64,000 nucleotides of DNA from assembly GCA_947259175.1 (NCBI GenBank), contig CAMYKW010000001.1, positions 17,897-81,896 of the forward strand, in the 5' to 3' direction. This document shows positions 1 through 11,082 of the stretch, piece by piece (position 1 is the first letter of the stretch; the number at the start of each line of letters is the position of its first letter). The notes under the pieces are model-generated. The model was not told the DNA's origin, ran no database searches, and saw only the letters and a list, made by a program, of their open reading frames with translations. The translations under genes and the position numbers were made by a program. Source of the stretch: an uncultured Gammaproteobacteria bacterium. Lineage in GTDB: Bacteria > Pseudomonadota > Gammaproteobacteria > Arenicellales > JAANXG01.

Positions 1-638
1 CCGCGATGCGGTAAGCCGGCCGTCGCCATCTCTATGCGGTCTCTGAGCGACTGACGAAAACGGTGTAACGACAGTCCGGAGCCGCCCAGGAATTGATTCG
101 CTTCATCGTCGCGGATATAGCCGACGGCCCGGATACGATGCCGCAGCAACCACGCCTCATAATCGAAACCACCGGGATTCTGGAATCCATGTGGGCGCTT
201 GAGCCGCGCGCGAAACCGCCAACGTTCGCCGGCGCGCACCCGCGCACCGGCCCGGTAGTCCCGCAGGCGGACACGCCCTGGCGAGGGAAAAACGCGGTCC
301 TGGTGGGTCATTTCCTCGACATCGAGGTCAAACTTCAGGTACCGTTGGCTGTGCTGGGGTAGAGAATGCACCGTCCCCGTCAGGAAGACGTCTTGAGACT
401 CCAGGAACTCCGGTAATTCCTGGTCTAGGATCAAGTAAGCGCGCAACACCGCCCAACCCATGGCGGCCAGGAAAACGATTAACAGGCTTGACCAGCGACT
501 TCTGCGTACCAGCCAGGCGACGGGAATGAAAAGCAGCACCCACCAAGAATCGGACAGTGCGGGCAGTCGTGACACCACCAGCGTGGCGACGACACACGCC
601 AGCGCATGAAGATGGATATGCCTCCGGTCTATAATCAT
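1..638 (-). CDS. comEC: DNA internalization competence protein ComEC/Rec2, N-terminal part; runs off the window edge
   Basis: Not in the ORF track. Manual translation from ATG 638 gives hydrophobic N-terminal helices, then LKRPHGFQNPGGFDYEAWLLRHRIRAVGYIR, the NPGGFDYE motif of ComEC DUF4131/OB regions. Lies next to DUF2062 and lolD. Confidence 0.88.
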   Translation of the reverse strand, partial: MIIDRRHIHLHALACVVATLVVSRLPALSDSWWVLLFIPVAWLVRRSRWSSLLIVFLAAMGWAVLRAYLILDQELPEFLESQDVFLTGTVHSLPQHSQRYLKFDLDVEEMTHQDRVFPSPGRVRLRDYRAGARVRAGERWRFRARLKRPHGFQNPGGFDYEAWLLRHRIRAVGYIRDDEANQFLGGSGLSLHRFRQSLRDRIEMATAGLPHR

Positions 639-690
639 AGCGTCTTCCCTGACTCTCGCGTCTGCTCACAGCATACGCCGGCCTCATTAT

Positions 691-1338
691 ATGCGCTTTG
701 ACTCCATCAAGCATCGTCTCCCGACGCGGGAGCAAATCGAAAAGAACTCATGCCTGAGAATCCTGAAGCACCAGTGGCGCGACAAGAATCTTTGGCATTT
801 CAACCGGCGGTCGGTGCCGCGGGCCACGGCGATTGGATTGTTCTGCGCGTTCTTGCCGATGCCGTTCGAGATGTTGCCTGCGGCTATCGGCGCCATCGCC
901 TTCAGCGCTAACCTGCCGTTGGCGCTGGCGTGGGTATGGATATCGAACCCACTGACCTGGATCCCCTTGTATACCCCGGCCTATCTGCTCGGTGCGCGGC
1001 TGCTCGGGGTGCAGGCGATGCCGTTGGAAGACATCACCCTGGGCATGCTGGGCACCCAACTCGCGGCCTTGTGGCTCGGGTGCCTGATCGTCGGAGCGGT
1101 GGCGGCCGTGACTGGCTACTGGGTCATGCGTATATTATGGCGCATCAAGGTGGTCAGCAGCTGGCGGGATCGGCGCCATCGTCACCGGTTGAAAAAGGCG
1201 CTGAAGAAGGCCAAATCACAGGTCGTCTCGGCAGCGAAGAAACATCGCGCCGCATCTACCCACCAACAGATTCCAGCCTCCCATCAATCAGGCGCATCAC
1301 ACGTTGCATCTTCGTCGCCAGCTCAGCGTCATGAGTAA
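691..1338 (+). CDS. DUF2062 family membrane protein
   Basis: [26 protein letters not shown]...[17 protein letters not shown] is the typical DUF2062 signature. The basic C-terminal extension overlaps the lolD 3' end. Confidence 0.85.
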   Translation: MRFDSIKHRLPTREQIEKNSCLRILKHQWRDKNLWHFNRRSVPRATAIGLFCAFLPMPFEMLPAAIGAIAFSANLPLALAWVWISNPLTWIPLYTPAYLLGARLLGVQAMPLEDITLGMLGTQLAALWLGCLIVGAVAAVTGYWVMRILWRIKVVSSWRDRRHRHRLKKALKKAKSQVVSAAKKHRAASTHQQIPASHQSGASHVASSSPAQRHE

Positions 1339-1954
1339 CCACCACCAGGCTGGTATTTAGCTCGCGATTCAAGTCCAGCATCAGCCGGTAGACCTGATCC
1401 GCGGTGCGGCGATCGAGGTTCCCGGTGGGTTCATCGGCGAGCACGCATTGCGGTCGTGTCACCAATGCGCGGGCCACCGCCGCACGTTGCCTTTCGCCGC
1501 CGGAGAGTTCCCCCGGCTTGTGCTGCAGCCGATGCGCCAAACCCACCTGTTCGAGGCATTCCGACGCCCGCGCCAGCGCCGACTCCGGGCTGAGTCCCGC
1601 GATCAGCAGCGGCATTGCCACATTCTCCAGCGCTGAAAATTCCGGCAACAGGTGATGAAACTGGTACACGAAACCCAAACACCGGTTGCGGAGCCGGCCG
1701 CGGGCGGTCTCGCTGAGACCGGCCAAGTCGCGCTCGGTCACGAACACACTGCCTGCGGTTGGCGAGTCGAGCCCGCCAAGCAGATGCAACAAGGTACTTT
1801 TACCCGAACCGGAGGCTCCGACTATGGCAACTTGCTCGCCGGGAGCAACGTCCAGGTCCACGCCTCGCAACACTTCCACCGGCACCGCCATGCCTTGCAC
1901 GAAGGTCTTCGCCAGGCCGGCGCAGCGGATCACCGGGACCTTGGCCCTATTCAT
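1256..1954 (-). CDS. lolD: Lipoprotein-releasing ABC transporter ATP-binding protein LolD
   Basis: Walker [30 protein letters not shown] and ADEPTGNLD; follows the LolC/E permease. Confidence 0.95.
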   Translation of the reverse strand: MNRAKVPVIRCAGLAKTFVQGMAVPVEVLRGVDLDVAPGEQVAIVGASGSGKSTLLHLLGGLDSPTAGSVFVTERDLAGLSETARGRLRNRCLGFVYQFHHLLPEFSALENVAMPLLIAGLSPESALARASECLEQVGLAHRLQHKPGELSGGERQRAAVARALVTRPQCVLADEPTGNLDRRTADQVYRLMLDLNRELNTSLVVVTHDAELATKMQRVMRLIDGRLESVGG

Positions 1955-3203
1955 AGCGCAGCGCCTCGGCCGGTTGGGTTCGTGCCCCGCGCCATGCCGG
2001 ATACAGGGTCGCTATCGCGCTCATGATGAATGACGCCCCGGTAATCCTGATCACATCGTTCCAATGCATTTCCGCCGGGAAGTCACTGATCACATACACG
2101 TCGGCGGGAAAGAACTGGACGCCGAACAAATTCTCGAAAAACGGCACCAGCGTTTCTATATTGAGCGAGGTTATGACCCCGGTGATTCCGCCGAGGAGGG
2201 TTCCGATCACGCCGATGATGATGCCCTGGACCATGAATACTCCCATGATGCCTCCGGGGCTCATGCCCAGGGTGCGCAGGATCGCAATGTCGGATTGCTT
2301 ATCGGTGACCGCCATGACCAAGGTGGCGACAATGTTGAAGGCGGCGACCGCAACGATCAAGAAAAGGATGATGAACATCACCCGCTTTTCTATCTTCAGC
2401 GCACGGAAAAAATTGGCGTGCTCGCGGGTCCAGTCGCTGACGAAATAGCCCGGGCCCAACTCGCGATCGAGATCCCGCCGCACCAGCGGCGCTGTGAATA
2501 AATCCTGCAGTTTCAGCCGTACCCCGCTCACGTGACCGCCGCTGCGGTACAGGCGGCTCGCATCGTCGAGATGAATCAGCACCAGCCCTGCATCGTATTC
2601 ATACATGCCGATGTTGAAAACGCCGACAACCGTGAAGCGCTTCAAGCGCGGCAGAAGACCGGCCGGGGTGACCTGCCCTTTGGGCGCCACCAGCGTCACT
2701 TTGTCGCCCAAGGAAACCCGCAGCTGCCGCGCCAATTCACCGCCGAGCACGATGCCGAAGTCTCCCGGCCGCAGGTGGGTCAAGCGCCCCTCGGTCATAT
2801 TGTCGGCGATTTTGGACACCTGGGTTTCCTCGGTCGGCAACACACCGCGTATCAAGGCCCCGGCCACTTCGCGCCCCTTGGTCAACATGCCTTGTGCGAA
2901 GATGTACGGCGCACGGCCAACGACCTGTCCGTGCGCCAGCACTGTGGAATCCAGAGCCCGCCAATCCGGTAACCAGTCCCCATTGGAACGCACTGTGACA
3001 TGAGACGCGACACCTAGAATGCGTTCACGAAGTTCGCGCTCAAAACCATTCATTACTGAAAGCACCGTAATCAGCGCCCACACTCCCAGGGTGATACCCA
3101 GCATCGAAATCAGTGAGATAAATGAGATGAAATGGTTGCGCCGCTTCGCGCGCGTGTAGCGCAGGCCGATAAACAACGGCGGCATTCGCAGCAAAGAACG
3201 CAT
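1947..3203 (-). CDS. lolE: Lipoprotein-releasing ABC transporter permease (single LolC/E-type subunit)
   Basis: [44 protein letters not shown] and [16 protein letters not shown]. Only one permease gene is present, so lolC versus lolE versus lolF is uncertain. Confidence 0.88.
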   Translation of the reverse strand: MRSLLRMPPLFIGLRYTRAKRRNHFISFISLISMLGITLGVWALITVLSVMNGFERELRERILGVASHVTVRSNGDWLPDWRALDSTVLAHGQVVGRAPYIFAQGMLTKGREVAGALIRGVLPTEETQVSKIADNMTEGRLTHLRPGDFGIVLGGELARQLRVSLGDKVTLVAPKGQVTPAGLLPRLKRFTVVGVFNIGMYEYDAGLVLIHLDDASRLYRSGGHVSGVRLKLQDLFTAPLVRRDLDRELGPGYFVSDWTREHANFFRALKIEKRVMFIILFLIVAVAAFNIVATLVMAVTDKQSDIAILRTLGMSPGGIMGVFMVQGIIIGVIGTLLGGITGVITSLNIETLVPFFENLFGVQFFPADVYVISDFPAEMHWNDVIRITGASFIMSAIATLYPAWRGARTQPAEALRYE

Positions 3204-3293
3204 ATCTAGGGGTGGTGTGATGGCCCCGTCGACCTTGAAAATTTAAGAATCATAGTCATGTTATTTATTAAAAGAATAGTTTTACTTATTGTT

Positions 3294-4796
3294 TTATTTA
3301 TCATTATTAGCCCCAAGCTCTGGGCGCATGTGCGGAAACAGCAATACGTCACGGATCGATGGACTGTCGGTAAACAGCATCACCAGGCGGTCGATGCCGA
3401 TGCCCTCACCCGCGGTCGGTGGCATGCCGTACTCGAGGGCGCGCACGTAGTCGGCATCGAAATGCATAGCCTCGTTGTCTCCCGCATCTTTTTCGGCGAC
3501 TTGCCGTCGCAGGCGCTCGGTTTGGTCATCGGGGTCGTTCAACTCCGAGAATCCGTTTGCGATTTCCCGTCCGCCGATAAATAACTCAAAGCGATCGGCG
3601 ATTCGTGGATCCTGGTCGTTGGTGCGCGACAGCGGCGACACTTCAACCGGGTACGCAATGACGTAGGTCGGCGCCTGCAATTTCTGCTCCACCGTTTTTT
3701 CGAAAATTTCCACCTGCAGCTTGCCGACTCCGTAACTCGGCTTGACCGGCAGCCCGAGATGCGTGACCACCGACGCCAATTTGTCGCGATCCTCCAGGTC
3801 CGCGGGACTGAGGTCGGCGTTGTACTTTAGAATCGCGTCCTTGAGGGAAATCCGGGTGAACGGTTCGGCGAGATCCAGGGTCTGGCCCTGGTATTCGATC
3901 GCCGGCGCCCCCAGAACCTCGATGGCCATCTCCCGCAGCATTTCTTCCGTCAGCGCCATCAGATCCCGGTAATCGGCATACGCCTGATAGAACTCGAGCA
4001 TCGTAAATTCCGGGTTGTGCATGGTGCTGATGCCTTCGTTGCGGAAATTGCGGTTGATTTCGAATACCCGCTCGAAACCTCCCACCACCAGGCGCTTGAG
4101 ATACAGCTCCGGGGCAATACGAAGAAAAAGATCCATATCGAGGGCGTGATGATAGGTCTGGAACGGGCGTGCCAGCGCGCCGCCGGGTATCGCCTGCATC
4201 ATCGGCGTCTCTACCTCGAGATAGTCCCGTTCGAGCAAAAAGTGGCGCATGAAATTAACCATCGCCGAGCGGGTGCGGAAGACCTCGCGCGCCGGTTCAC
4301 TCATGATGAGATCCAAGTACCGCCGCCGATAGCGAATCTCCTGGTCGGCGATGCCGTGATACTTCTCCGGGAGCGGGCGCAGCGATTTGGTCAGCAAACA
4401 AATGTCATCAACACGAACACTGAGCTCGCCGGTCTTGGTCTTGAACAGCACGCCGGACGCGCCCACGATATCGCCGATATCCCATTTCTTGAACTGATCG
4501 TTGTACACGCCTTCCGGCAGCGAGTCGCGTGCGAGGAACAACTGAATCCGTCCCGACATGTCCTGCAGGTGGGCGAAACTGGCCTTGCCCATGATACGCC
4601 GGCTCATCAGGCGTCCCGCCACCCGCACCCGCCGCGTCTGCTCGTCCAGGTCGGCGGCGCTGTTGCCATCGTAATGCGCATGCAGCGCTGCCGCCAGCAC
4701 GTCACGACGAAAATCGTTGGGAAACGGATTACCCCGATCACGCAACGCGGCGAGCTTCGCGCGCCGTTGTATTATTTGTTCGTTCTCCTCGGTCAT
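3294..4796 (-). CDS. lysS: Lysine--tRNA ligase (class II)
   Basis: [37 protein letters not shown] and GIGIDRL; downstream of prfB. Confidence 0.98.
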   Translation of the reverse strand: MTEENEQIIQRRAKLAALRDRGNPFPNDFRRDVLAAALHAHYDGNSAADLDEQTRRVRVAGRLMSRRIMGKASFAHLQDMSGRIQLFLARDSLPEGVYNDQFKKWDIGDIVGASGVLFKTKTGELSVRVDDICLLTKSLRPLPEKYHGIADQEIRYRRRYLDLIMSEPAREVFRTRSAMVNFMRHFLLERDYLEVETPMMQAIPGGALARPFQTYHHALDMDLFLRIAPELYLKRLVVGGFERVFEINRNFRNEGISTMHNPEFTMLEFYQAYADYRDLMALTEEMLREMAIEVLGAPAIEYQGQTLDLAEPFTRISLKDAILKYNADLSPADLEDRDKLASVVTHLGLPVKPSYGVGKLQVEIFEKTVEQKLQAPTYVIAYPVEVSPLSRTNDQDPRIADRFELFIGGREIANGFSELNDPDDQTERLRRQVAEKDAGDNEAMHFDADYVRALEYGMPPTAGEGIGIDRLVMLFTDSPSIRDVLLFPHMRPELGANNDK

Positions 4797-4851
4797 TATT
4801 TATTATAATTCATTTGGTTGTAGAGATTATCTTGAAATGACTTGATTAATT

Positions 4852-5947
4852 TTATACGCCTGATTTAAGGCTCGCTTCGATGAATCGATCCAGGTCGCCG
4901 TCGAGGACCCCTTGCGTGTCACCAACTTCGACGCCGGTGCGCAGGTCCTTTATCCGCGACTGATCGAGCACATAGGAACGGATCTGCTGACCCCAACCGA
5001 TATCCGCCTTGCTGTCCTCGAGCACCTGCTGCTCGGACCGTTTGCGCCGCAGTTCGGCATCATACAGCCGCGCTTTGAGCATCCGCATCGCTTCGGCCTT
5101 ATTCCGATGCTGGGAGCGGTCGTTCTGGCATTGCACGACTATTCCAGATGGTAAATGCGTGATGCGCACCGCGGAATCGGTCCGGTTCACGTGTTGCCCG
5201 CCGGCGCCGCTCGCACGGTAGGTGTCGATGCGCAGCTCAGCGGGGTTCACATCGATCTCGATGTCTTCCTCGACCTCGGGATACACAAACACCGACGCAA
5301 AAGAGGTGTGGCGGCGGTGACCAGAATCAAAAGGCGATTTTCGCACCAGGCGATGAATACCGGTCTCGGTGCGCAGGTAGCCGTAGGCGTAGTCACCGGT
5401 TACCTTGACCGTAGCACTCTTGATGCCCGCCACCTCGCCTTCCGACAGCTCGATGAGCTCGGACTTGAAACCCTTGCGCTCCGCCCAGCGCAGATACATG
5501 CGCAGCAGCATGTTCGCCCAATCCTGGGCCTCGGTGCCCCCTGAACCCGCTTGTATGTCCGCGAATGCATTGTGCTCGTCCATGTCCCCGGAGAACATGC
5601 GCTTGAATTCGAGCGCCACCAGATGTCGTTCCAGCTCGTCCAGGTCCTGGCCGATCGAGTCAAAGGTTTCCGCGTCATTCTCCTCGCGCGCCAAATCGAG
5701 CAGATCCGCTATCTCGCCGCCTTCTCTGTCGAGCCGCAGCAGCACCTCGACCGTCTGCTCCAGCCGGGCTCGCTCCCGGCCCAGGGTCTGGGCGCGATCC
5801 GGGTCCGACCATACCGCGGGTTGTTCCAGCTCCAGCCGGACCTCCTCTAACCGCTCCTGCTTGGCCGGCAGGTCAAAGATACCCCCTCAAGGCCTCGCTG
5901 CGACCTTGAATATCTTTGAGCTTCTCTACCAGAAAATTAATTTCCAT
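4852..5947 (-). CDS. prfB: Peptide chain release factor 2, 364 aa, with programmed +1 frameshift after codon 24
   Basis: Frame 1 (5947-5876) reads [24 protein letters not shown], then CTT TGA C. The +1 frame continues [12 protein letters not shown]... through the SPF and GGQ motifs to 4852. Confidence 0.97.
5872..5887 (-). promoter_or_regulatory. RF2 programmed frameshift cassette (internal SD AGGGGG + TAT CTT TGA C)
   Basis: The minus strand reads AGGGGG TAT CTT TGA C, the canonical prfB autoregulatory frameshift site. Confidence 0.96.
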
Positions 5948-6096
5948 GGTTCATCCACACTGTCATCAAAAACGGGGATCGCAGCATACCGGAATTAATC
6001 GCCCGATGGTATGCGCCTGATACCTCGCAACCTGTATATGTCTTTGAAAAACCGTGTCTTAAGCCGCGGCGGACGGTGGCATCCGCGAGGCCCTGC

Positions 6097-6143
6097 CCCG
6101 CGGCGCGACACGTCGTTGCCGACCCGATGTGTCGCGCCGCGGG
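6097..6143. repeat. Long GC-rich inverted repeat (15 perfect bp, 19 bp with one G.U pair, 9-nt loop)
   Basis: CCCGCGGCGCGACAC(GTCG)-TTGCCGACC-(CGAT)GTGTCGCGCCGCGGG in the prfB/FHA-PilZ divergent intergenic region; no U-tract. Confidence 0.8.
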
Positions 6144-6310
6144 AACGGCGGCCGCGGTGCGCCGGATTGGCGGGCAATCACCGGAGCAGGCGCATAAGGG
6201 GAGTTTTTACCGCCGTTCACGCGAACTTGGGGAGAACCGTCAAATCGGTTACTCTGTTCGTTAATTAGAAGGCGTAAGACCTTTGGCGGCGGCTTATCGG
6301 GGGGCGCTAT

Positions 6311-7069
6311 TTGGAAATCAGTGTCCGCGAGACACTCATGGTTGGCGGGGTGATCGTCTTCGCCGTGATCCTGTTGTGGTTACGGTTCAGCGCACACCGC
6401 AACGGCCCGCGCCCCTACGCTTACCTGTATTACTTGTCCCGGCGCAAGCTCGTAAAATCGGAAATCACCAATCCGATATTCCGCATCGGCCGGCATCCCA
6501 ACAATGACCTTCGGCTCAGCGAGCGATCGGTGTCACGATTTCACGCCGAGATCGTACGCAATCAAAACGGCAGCTTCAGCATTTACGATATGCGGTCAAG
6601 AAACGGGATAAAGGTCGGCATGCGTCCGGTGGAGTCCACCGTGCTCGCGGAAGGCGATGTCATCGACATCGGCCGCATGCGCCTGCGTTTCACGAAGTTC
6701 CCCAGGGATTACAATATGTTCCAGCATACCGACATGCTGGAGCCGATATCCGCTGCGCAGCACCGTCGGCGGCGGCATAAGCGCCATGACGTGGCGGTCA
6801 GCGTGCGTCTTTATGACGATTCATCCGGATGGCTCAAAGGGCGTATCCGGGACGTGAGTCAGCAAGGCGCGTTCATTGAAGTCGAACGGCCGATCGCGCC
6901 GCGGGCGCCCGTCGATGTGGTTTTTCCGATTTTTCACGGCGCGCGACAGCGATGGCTGCGGCTTCCGGCCAAGGTCGTGAGGGGAACCCCCGACGGCGTC
7001 GGAATCTCGTTTAGCGCGCTGGATGATTCCGCCAGCAAGGCTCTGAGAACCATCGCCAAAGCGGCTTGA
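6311..7069 (+). CDS. Membrane-anchored FHA domain + PilZ domain protein
   Basis: N-terminal TM helix (VGGVIVFAVILLWL). FHA motifs FRIGR, VSRFH, SRNG and LAEGDVIDIG. PilZ motifs RRHKR (RxxxR) and DVSQQG (DxSxxG). Confidence 0.82.
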   Translation: MEISVRETLMVGGVIVFAVILLWLRFSAHRNGPRPYAYLYYLSRRKLVKSEITNPIFRIGRHPNNDLRLSERSVSRFHAEIVRNQNGSFSIYDMRSRNGIKVGMRPVESTVLAEGDVIDIGRMRLRFTKFPRDYNMFQHTDMLEPISAAQHRRRRHKRHDVAVSVRLYDDSSGWLKGRIRDVSQQGAFIEVERPIAPRAPVDVVFPIFHGARQRWLRLPAKVVRGTPDGVGISFSALDDSASKALRTIAKAA

Positions 7070-7125
7070 TGACCGTCGCGCGACGGGACCTAATTCCGCG
7101 GATGGTCAAGTTCAGCGCCATTTTT

Positions 7126-7138
7126 GTTGCATTGCAAC
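7126..7138. promoter_or_regulatory. Palindrome GTTGC-ATT-GCAAC upstream of pntA (PhaR/AniA-box-like TGC-N3-GCA)
   Basis: Perfect dyad about 80 nt upstream of the pntA start; the regulator assignment is inference. Confidence 0.4.
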
Positions 7139-7217
7139 GCGGCATGTAGGAGAATTGCGCGGCGCTTCGATAGCAAAGATCGACAGAAAAAAGTCTCTAG
7201 TCAATAACCACTAACAA

Positions 7218-8777
7218 ATGAGAATCGGAGTCCCCAAAGAGATCCACGACGCGGAGCACCGCGTCGCCACCACCCCCGAGGTCGTCAAACAACTCACCAA
7301 GCTCGGATTTTCCGTGGCCGTGGAGACCGGCGCTGGCGCGGCGGCGAAGTTCAACGACGACGCCTACCGCGAGGCCGGCGCGGAGGTCGTGTCCGACACC
7401 CGCGAGTTGTGGGCGCAATCCGATATCGTGTTGAAGGTGCGCGCCCCCGAAGATCATCCCGAATTAGGTGTGCATGAAAGCGAGTTGTTGCGCGAGGGCG
7501 GCAACCTGATCAGCTTCATCTGGCCGGCGCAAAACCCGGAACTGATGGACAAGCTGGCGGCCAGGCGCGCAACCGTGCTGGCCATGGATTCCGTGCCCAG
7601 GATCTCGCGCGCGCAGAAGATGGATGCGTTGAGCTCGATGGCCAATATCGCCGGATATCGCGCCGTGGTCGAGGCCGCGCATCACTTCGGACGTTTTTTT
7701 ACCGGACAAATAACCGCCGCCGGGAAGGTGCCCCCCGCCAAGGTGATGATTATCGGCGCCGGCGTGGCGGGTCTTGCCGCCATCGGTGCCGCCGGCTCCA
7801 TGGGCGCCATCGTCCGCGCGTTCGACACGCGGCCGGAAGTAAAAGAACAGGTGGAGAGCATGGACGCGGAGTTTCTGGAGCTCGATTTCAAGGAGGAAGG
7901 CGGTGGCGCGGGCGGTTACGCCAAGGAGATGAGCAAGGAATTCATCGACGCGGAGATGGCGTTGTTCCGCGAACAGGCCAAAGACGTCGATATCATCATT
8001 ACCACCGCGCTGATTCCGGGCAAACCGGCGCCCAAGCTGATTCTTGCGGACATGGTGGAATCCATGCGCAACGGCAGCGTGATCGTCGATCTCGCAGCCG
8101 AGCAAGGCGGCAACTGCGAATTGACCGAACCCGGCCAGGTGGTGGTCAAAAACGGCGTCACCATCATCGGGCATACCGACCTGCCCAGCCGGCTGCCCAC
8201 CCAGTCGAGCCAGCTTTACGCTACCAATCTACGCCATCTGCTTACCGACCTTACGCCGGAGAAGGACGGGAATATCGTCGTGGACATGGAAGACGAGGCG
8301 ATTCGCGGGGCAACGGTGATCAAGGAAGGCGAAGTCACGTGGCCACCGCCACCGCCCAAGCTGTCGATGCAGCCGCCGAAACCGGCGCCGGCGTCTCAAG
8401 CTGCAGCGGAACCCGTGGTGGAAGCGAAAAAACCGTCGCCGTGGTTCACATTAGCCTTCATGGCCGTCGGCGTTATCGCCATCCTGGCGCTTGGCTCAGT
8501 GGCGCCGGCGGCGTTTATGAGCCATTTCATCGTGTTCGTGTTGGCGATTTTTGTCGGCTATCAGGTGATCTGGTCGGTGACCCCCGCCCTGCACACACCG
8601 TTGATGAGCGTCACCAATGCCATCAGCGGAATCATCATCATCGGGGCCTTACTGCAGATCGGAGCACCCAGAGGCATCGTCGTGTTTCTCGCCGCCGTAT
8701 CCGTGCTCATCGCCACCGTCAACGTCGCGGGGGGATTCCTGGTCACCCAACGCATGTTGAAAATGTTTCGCAAATAG
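7218..8777 (+). CDS. pntA: NAD(P) transhydrogenase subunit alpha (fused dI + membrane part)
   Basis: [34 protein letters not shown] and [13 protein letters not shown]. Confidence 0.97.
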   Translation: MRIGVPKEIHDAEHRVATTPEVVKQLTKLGFSVAVETGAGAAAKFNDDAYREAGAEVVSDTRELWAQSDIVLKVRAPEDHPELGVHESELLREGGNLISFIWPAQNPELMDKLAARRATVLAMDSVPRISRAQKMDALSSMANIAGYRAVVEAAHHFGRFFTGQITAAGKVPPAKVMIIGAGVAGLAAIGAAGSMGAIVRAFDTRPEVKEQVESMDAEFLELDFKEEGGGAGGYAKEMSKEFIDAEMALFREQAKDVDIIITTALIPGKPAPKLILADMVESMRNGSVIVDLAAEQGGNCELTEPGQVVVKNGVTIIGHTDLPSRLPTQSSQLYATNLRHLLTDLTPEKDGNIVVDMEDEAIRGATVIKEGEVTWPPPPPKLSMQPPKPAPASQAAAEPVVEAKKPSPWFTLAFMAVGVIAILALGSVAPAAFMSHFIVFVLAIFVGYQVIWSVTPALHTPLMSVTNAISGIIIIGALLQIGAPRGIVVFLAAVSVLIATVNVAGGFLVTQRMLKMFRK

Positions 8778-8787
8778 GAGCTAGTCC

Positions 8788-10182
8788 ATGCCTGCGGGAG
8801 TTGTCGCCGCCTCTTACATTGTTGCCAGTATTTTATTCATACTGAGCCTCGGGGGCCTGAGCCACCAGGAGTCGGCCCGCCGCGGTAATATTTATGGCAT
8901 CGTCGGTATGACGATCGCCATCGTCGCGACCATCACCAGCGAACAGGTATCGGGCTTGGGTCTTATCATCCCGATGATGGTTATCGGTGCCATCGCCGGA
9001 TTCTTCGTCGCCGCCAAGGTGCAGATGACCGACATGCCCCAACTGGTTGCGATGCTGCACAGTTTTGTCGGCCTCGCGGCGGTGCTCGTGGGTTTCGCCA
9101 ACTATATGGACCCCACCAGTCATTTCGAGGGCGTGGAAAAAACCATCCACGAGGTCGAAATCTACCTCGGCGTCTTCATCGGCGCGATCACCTTCACCGG
9201 GTCGGTGATCGCTTTCGGAAAACTCCAGGCCGTAATCAAGAGTGCGCCGTTGATCCTGCCCGCACGGCACTGGCTGAATCTCGCCGCCGGATTGGTTTGC
9301 ATCTGGCTGGGTGTTCTATTCGTGGGCGCCGAAAGCATCGGCGCAGGCTTGATCCCGTTGATCATTATGACCCTCATCGCATTTGCCTTCGGGGTGCACA
9401 TGGTGATGGCCATCGGCGGCGCGGATATGCCGGTGGTGATCTCGATGCTGAACAGCTACTCGGGTTGGGCGGCGGCGGCGACGGGTTTCATGTTGTCCAA
9501 TGACCTGTTGATCGTCACCGGCGCCCTGGTCGGATCGAGCGGTGCGATTCTGAGCTACATCATGTGCCGCGCCATGAATCGTCGATTCCTGGCGGTCATC
9601 ATGGGTGGATTCGGAACCGAAGGCGGTACGGCCGCGGCCGCCGCAGATGAAACCGGCGAGGTCACCGCGATGTCGGCGGAAGAAACCGCCGATCTGCTGA
9701 CTGCAGCGAAAGAGGTGATCATCGTCCCCGGCTACGGCATGGCGGTGGCCCATGCCCAGCATGTTGTTTCGGAATTGACGCAAAAACTGCGCAGCGCCGG
9801 GGTCAACGTGCGCTACGGGATTCACCCGGTCGCCGGACGTATGCCCGGCCACATGAACGTACTGCTGGCCGAGGCCAAGGTGCCCTACGACATCGTCCTG
9901 GAAATGGACGAGATCAACGACGATTTTCCCAACACCGATGTGGCGATGGTTATCGGAGCCAATGACATCGTCAATCCTTCCGCCCAGGAAGATCCGAACA
10001 GCCCGATCGCCGGAATGCCGGTGCTCGAAGTGTGGAAGTCCGGCACCGCGGTAGTGCTGAAGCGCAGCATGGCCACCGGCTATGCCGGGGTGGATAATCC
10101 CCTCTTTTACCGCGAGAACACGCGCATGCTGTTCGGCGACGCGAAGGATAGTATCGAGGCGGTCGTAAAAGCCCTGGGCTGA
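8788..10182 (+). CDS. pntB: NAD(P) transhydrogenase subunit beta
   Basis: [44 protein letters not shown] and [16 protein letters not shown]. Confidence 0.97.
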   Translation: MPAGVVAASYIVASILFILSLGGLSHQESARRGNIYGIVGMTIAIVATITSEQVSGLGLIIPMMVIGAIAGFFVAAKVQMTDMPQLVAMLHSFVGLAAVLVGFANYMDPTSHFEGVEKTIHEVEIYLGVFIGAITFTGSVIAFGKLQAVIKSAPLILPARHWLNLAAGLVCIWLGVLFVGAESIGAGLIPLIIMTLIAFAFGVHMVMAIGGADMPVVISMLNSYSGWAAAATGFMLSNDLLIVTGALVGSSGAILSYIMCRAMNRRFLAVIMGGFGTEGGTAAAAADETGEVTAMSAEETADLLTAAKEVIIVPGYGMAVAHAQHVVSELTQKLRSAGVNVRYGIHPVAGRMPGHMNVLLAEAKVPYDIVLEMDEINDDFPNTDVAMVIGANDIVNPSAQEDPNSPIAGMPVLEVWKSGTAVVLKRSMATGYAGVDNPLFYRENTRMLFGDAKDSIEAVVKALG

Positions 10183-10203
10183 GCGCAGTGCTCGGACGCG
10201 CTT

Positions 10204-11082
10204 TTAACTGAGGGCCTCGCGCATTAGTTTGCCGATGTCCGCGGGATTGCGAGTCACACGAATACCGGCATCTTCCAGAGCCTCGATTTTTTCCGCGGCG
10301 GTGCCTTTGCCGCCGGATATGATGGCTCCCGCATGTCCCATGCGCTTGCCCGGCGGGGCGGTAACACCGGCGATGAATCCAACTACCGGCTTGCTCATAT
10401 GCCGTTTAACCCAGGCGGCGCATTCCTCCTCGTCGGTGCCGCCGATTTCACCCACCATCACCACACCCTCGGTGTCGGGGTCCTCATTGAACATCCGCAT
10501 GACATCCAGATGTTTTACCCCATTGACCGGGTCGCCGCCGATGCCGATACACGTGGATTGTCCGAGCCCCAGTTGCGTCAGTTGATCGACCACTTCGTAA
10601 GTCAGGGTTCCTGAACGAGACACCACCCCGATCGGACCTTTTTTGTGAATATACCCGGGCATGATCCCGATCTTGATTTCGTCGGGGGTGATGACGCCCG
10701 GACAGTTCGGTCCCACCAGTATCGTGTTCCGATCGCGCATCTTATAACGCGTGATGATCATGTCCTTGACTGGTACACCTTCGGTGATGCAGATCACGAC
10801 TTCCATGCCGGCCGTGACCGCCTCGTCGATTGCGGCGGCGGCAAAGCGCGGCGGCACGTAGATCACTGAGACATTGGCGCCGGTATTGTCCTTCGCCTCT
10901 TGCACCGTGTCATAGACCGGAATGCCTTCGACCTGCTGCCCGCCCTTGCCCGGGGTGACACCGGCGACGAAGCACTCTGTCCCCAGCGCGTATTCGACGC
11001 AGTACTTGGTATGAAATTCTCCGGTCTTGCCGGTGATGCCCTGGGTAACGACACGGGAGGTTTTGTTGATCAAGATGGACAT
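10204..11082 (-). CDS. sucD: Succinate--CoA ligase subunit alpha
   Basis: [23 protein letters not shown] and [10 protein letters not shown] (phospho-His). Confidence 0.93.
   Translation of the reverse strand: MSILINKTSRVVTQGITGKTGEFHTKYCVEYALGTECFVAGVTPGKGGQQVEGIPVYDTVQEAKDNTGANVSVIYVPPRFAAAAIDEAVTAGMEVVICITEGVPVKDMIITRYKMRDRNTILVGPNCPGVITPDEIKIGIMPGYIHKKGPIGVVSRSGTLTYEVVDQLTQLGLGQSTCIGIGGDPVNGVKHLDVMRMFNEDPDTEGVVMVGEIGGTDEEECAAWVKRHMSKPVVGFIAGVTAPPGKRMGHAGAIISGGKGTAAEKIEALEDAGIRVTRNPADIGKLMREALS

Noticed and set aside
93..735. ORF-track entries 93..362 (+) and 328..735 (-)
   Set aside because: They are shadow frames of the real comEC reading frame (638 to the window edge).
3204..3293. Abrupt AT-rich spacers around lysS (also 4797-4851) as insertion scars
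   Set aside because: They are short and have no terminal repeats; they are consistent with promoter or IHF-like intergenic DNA.
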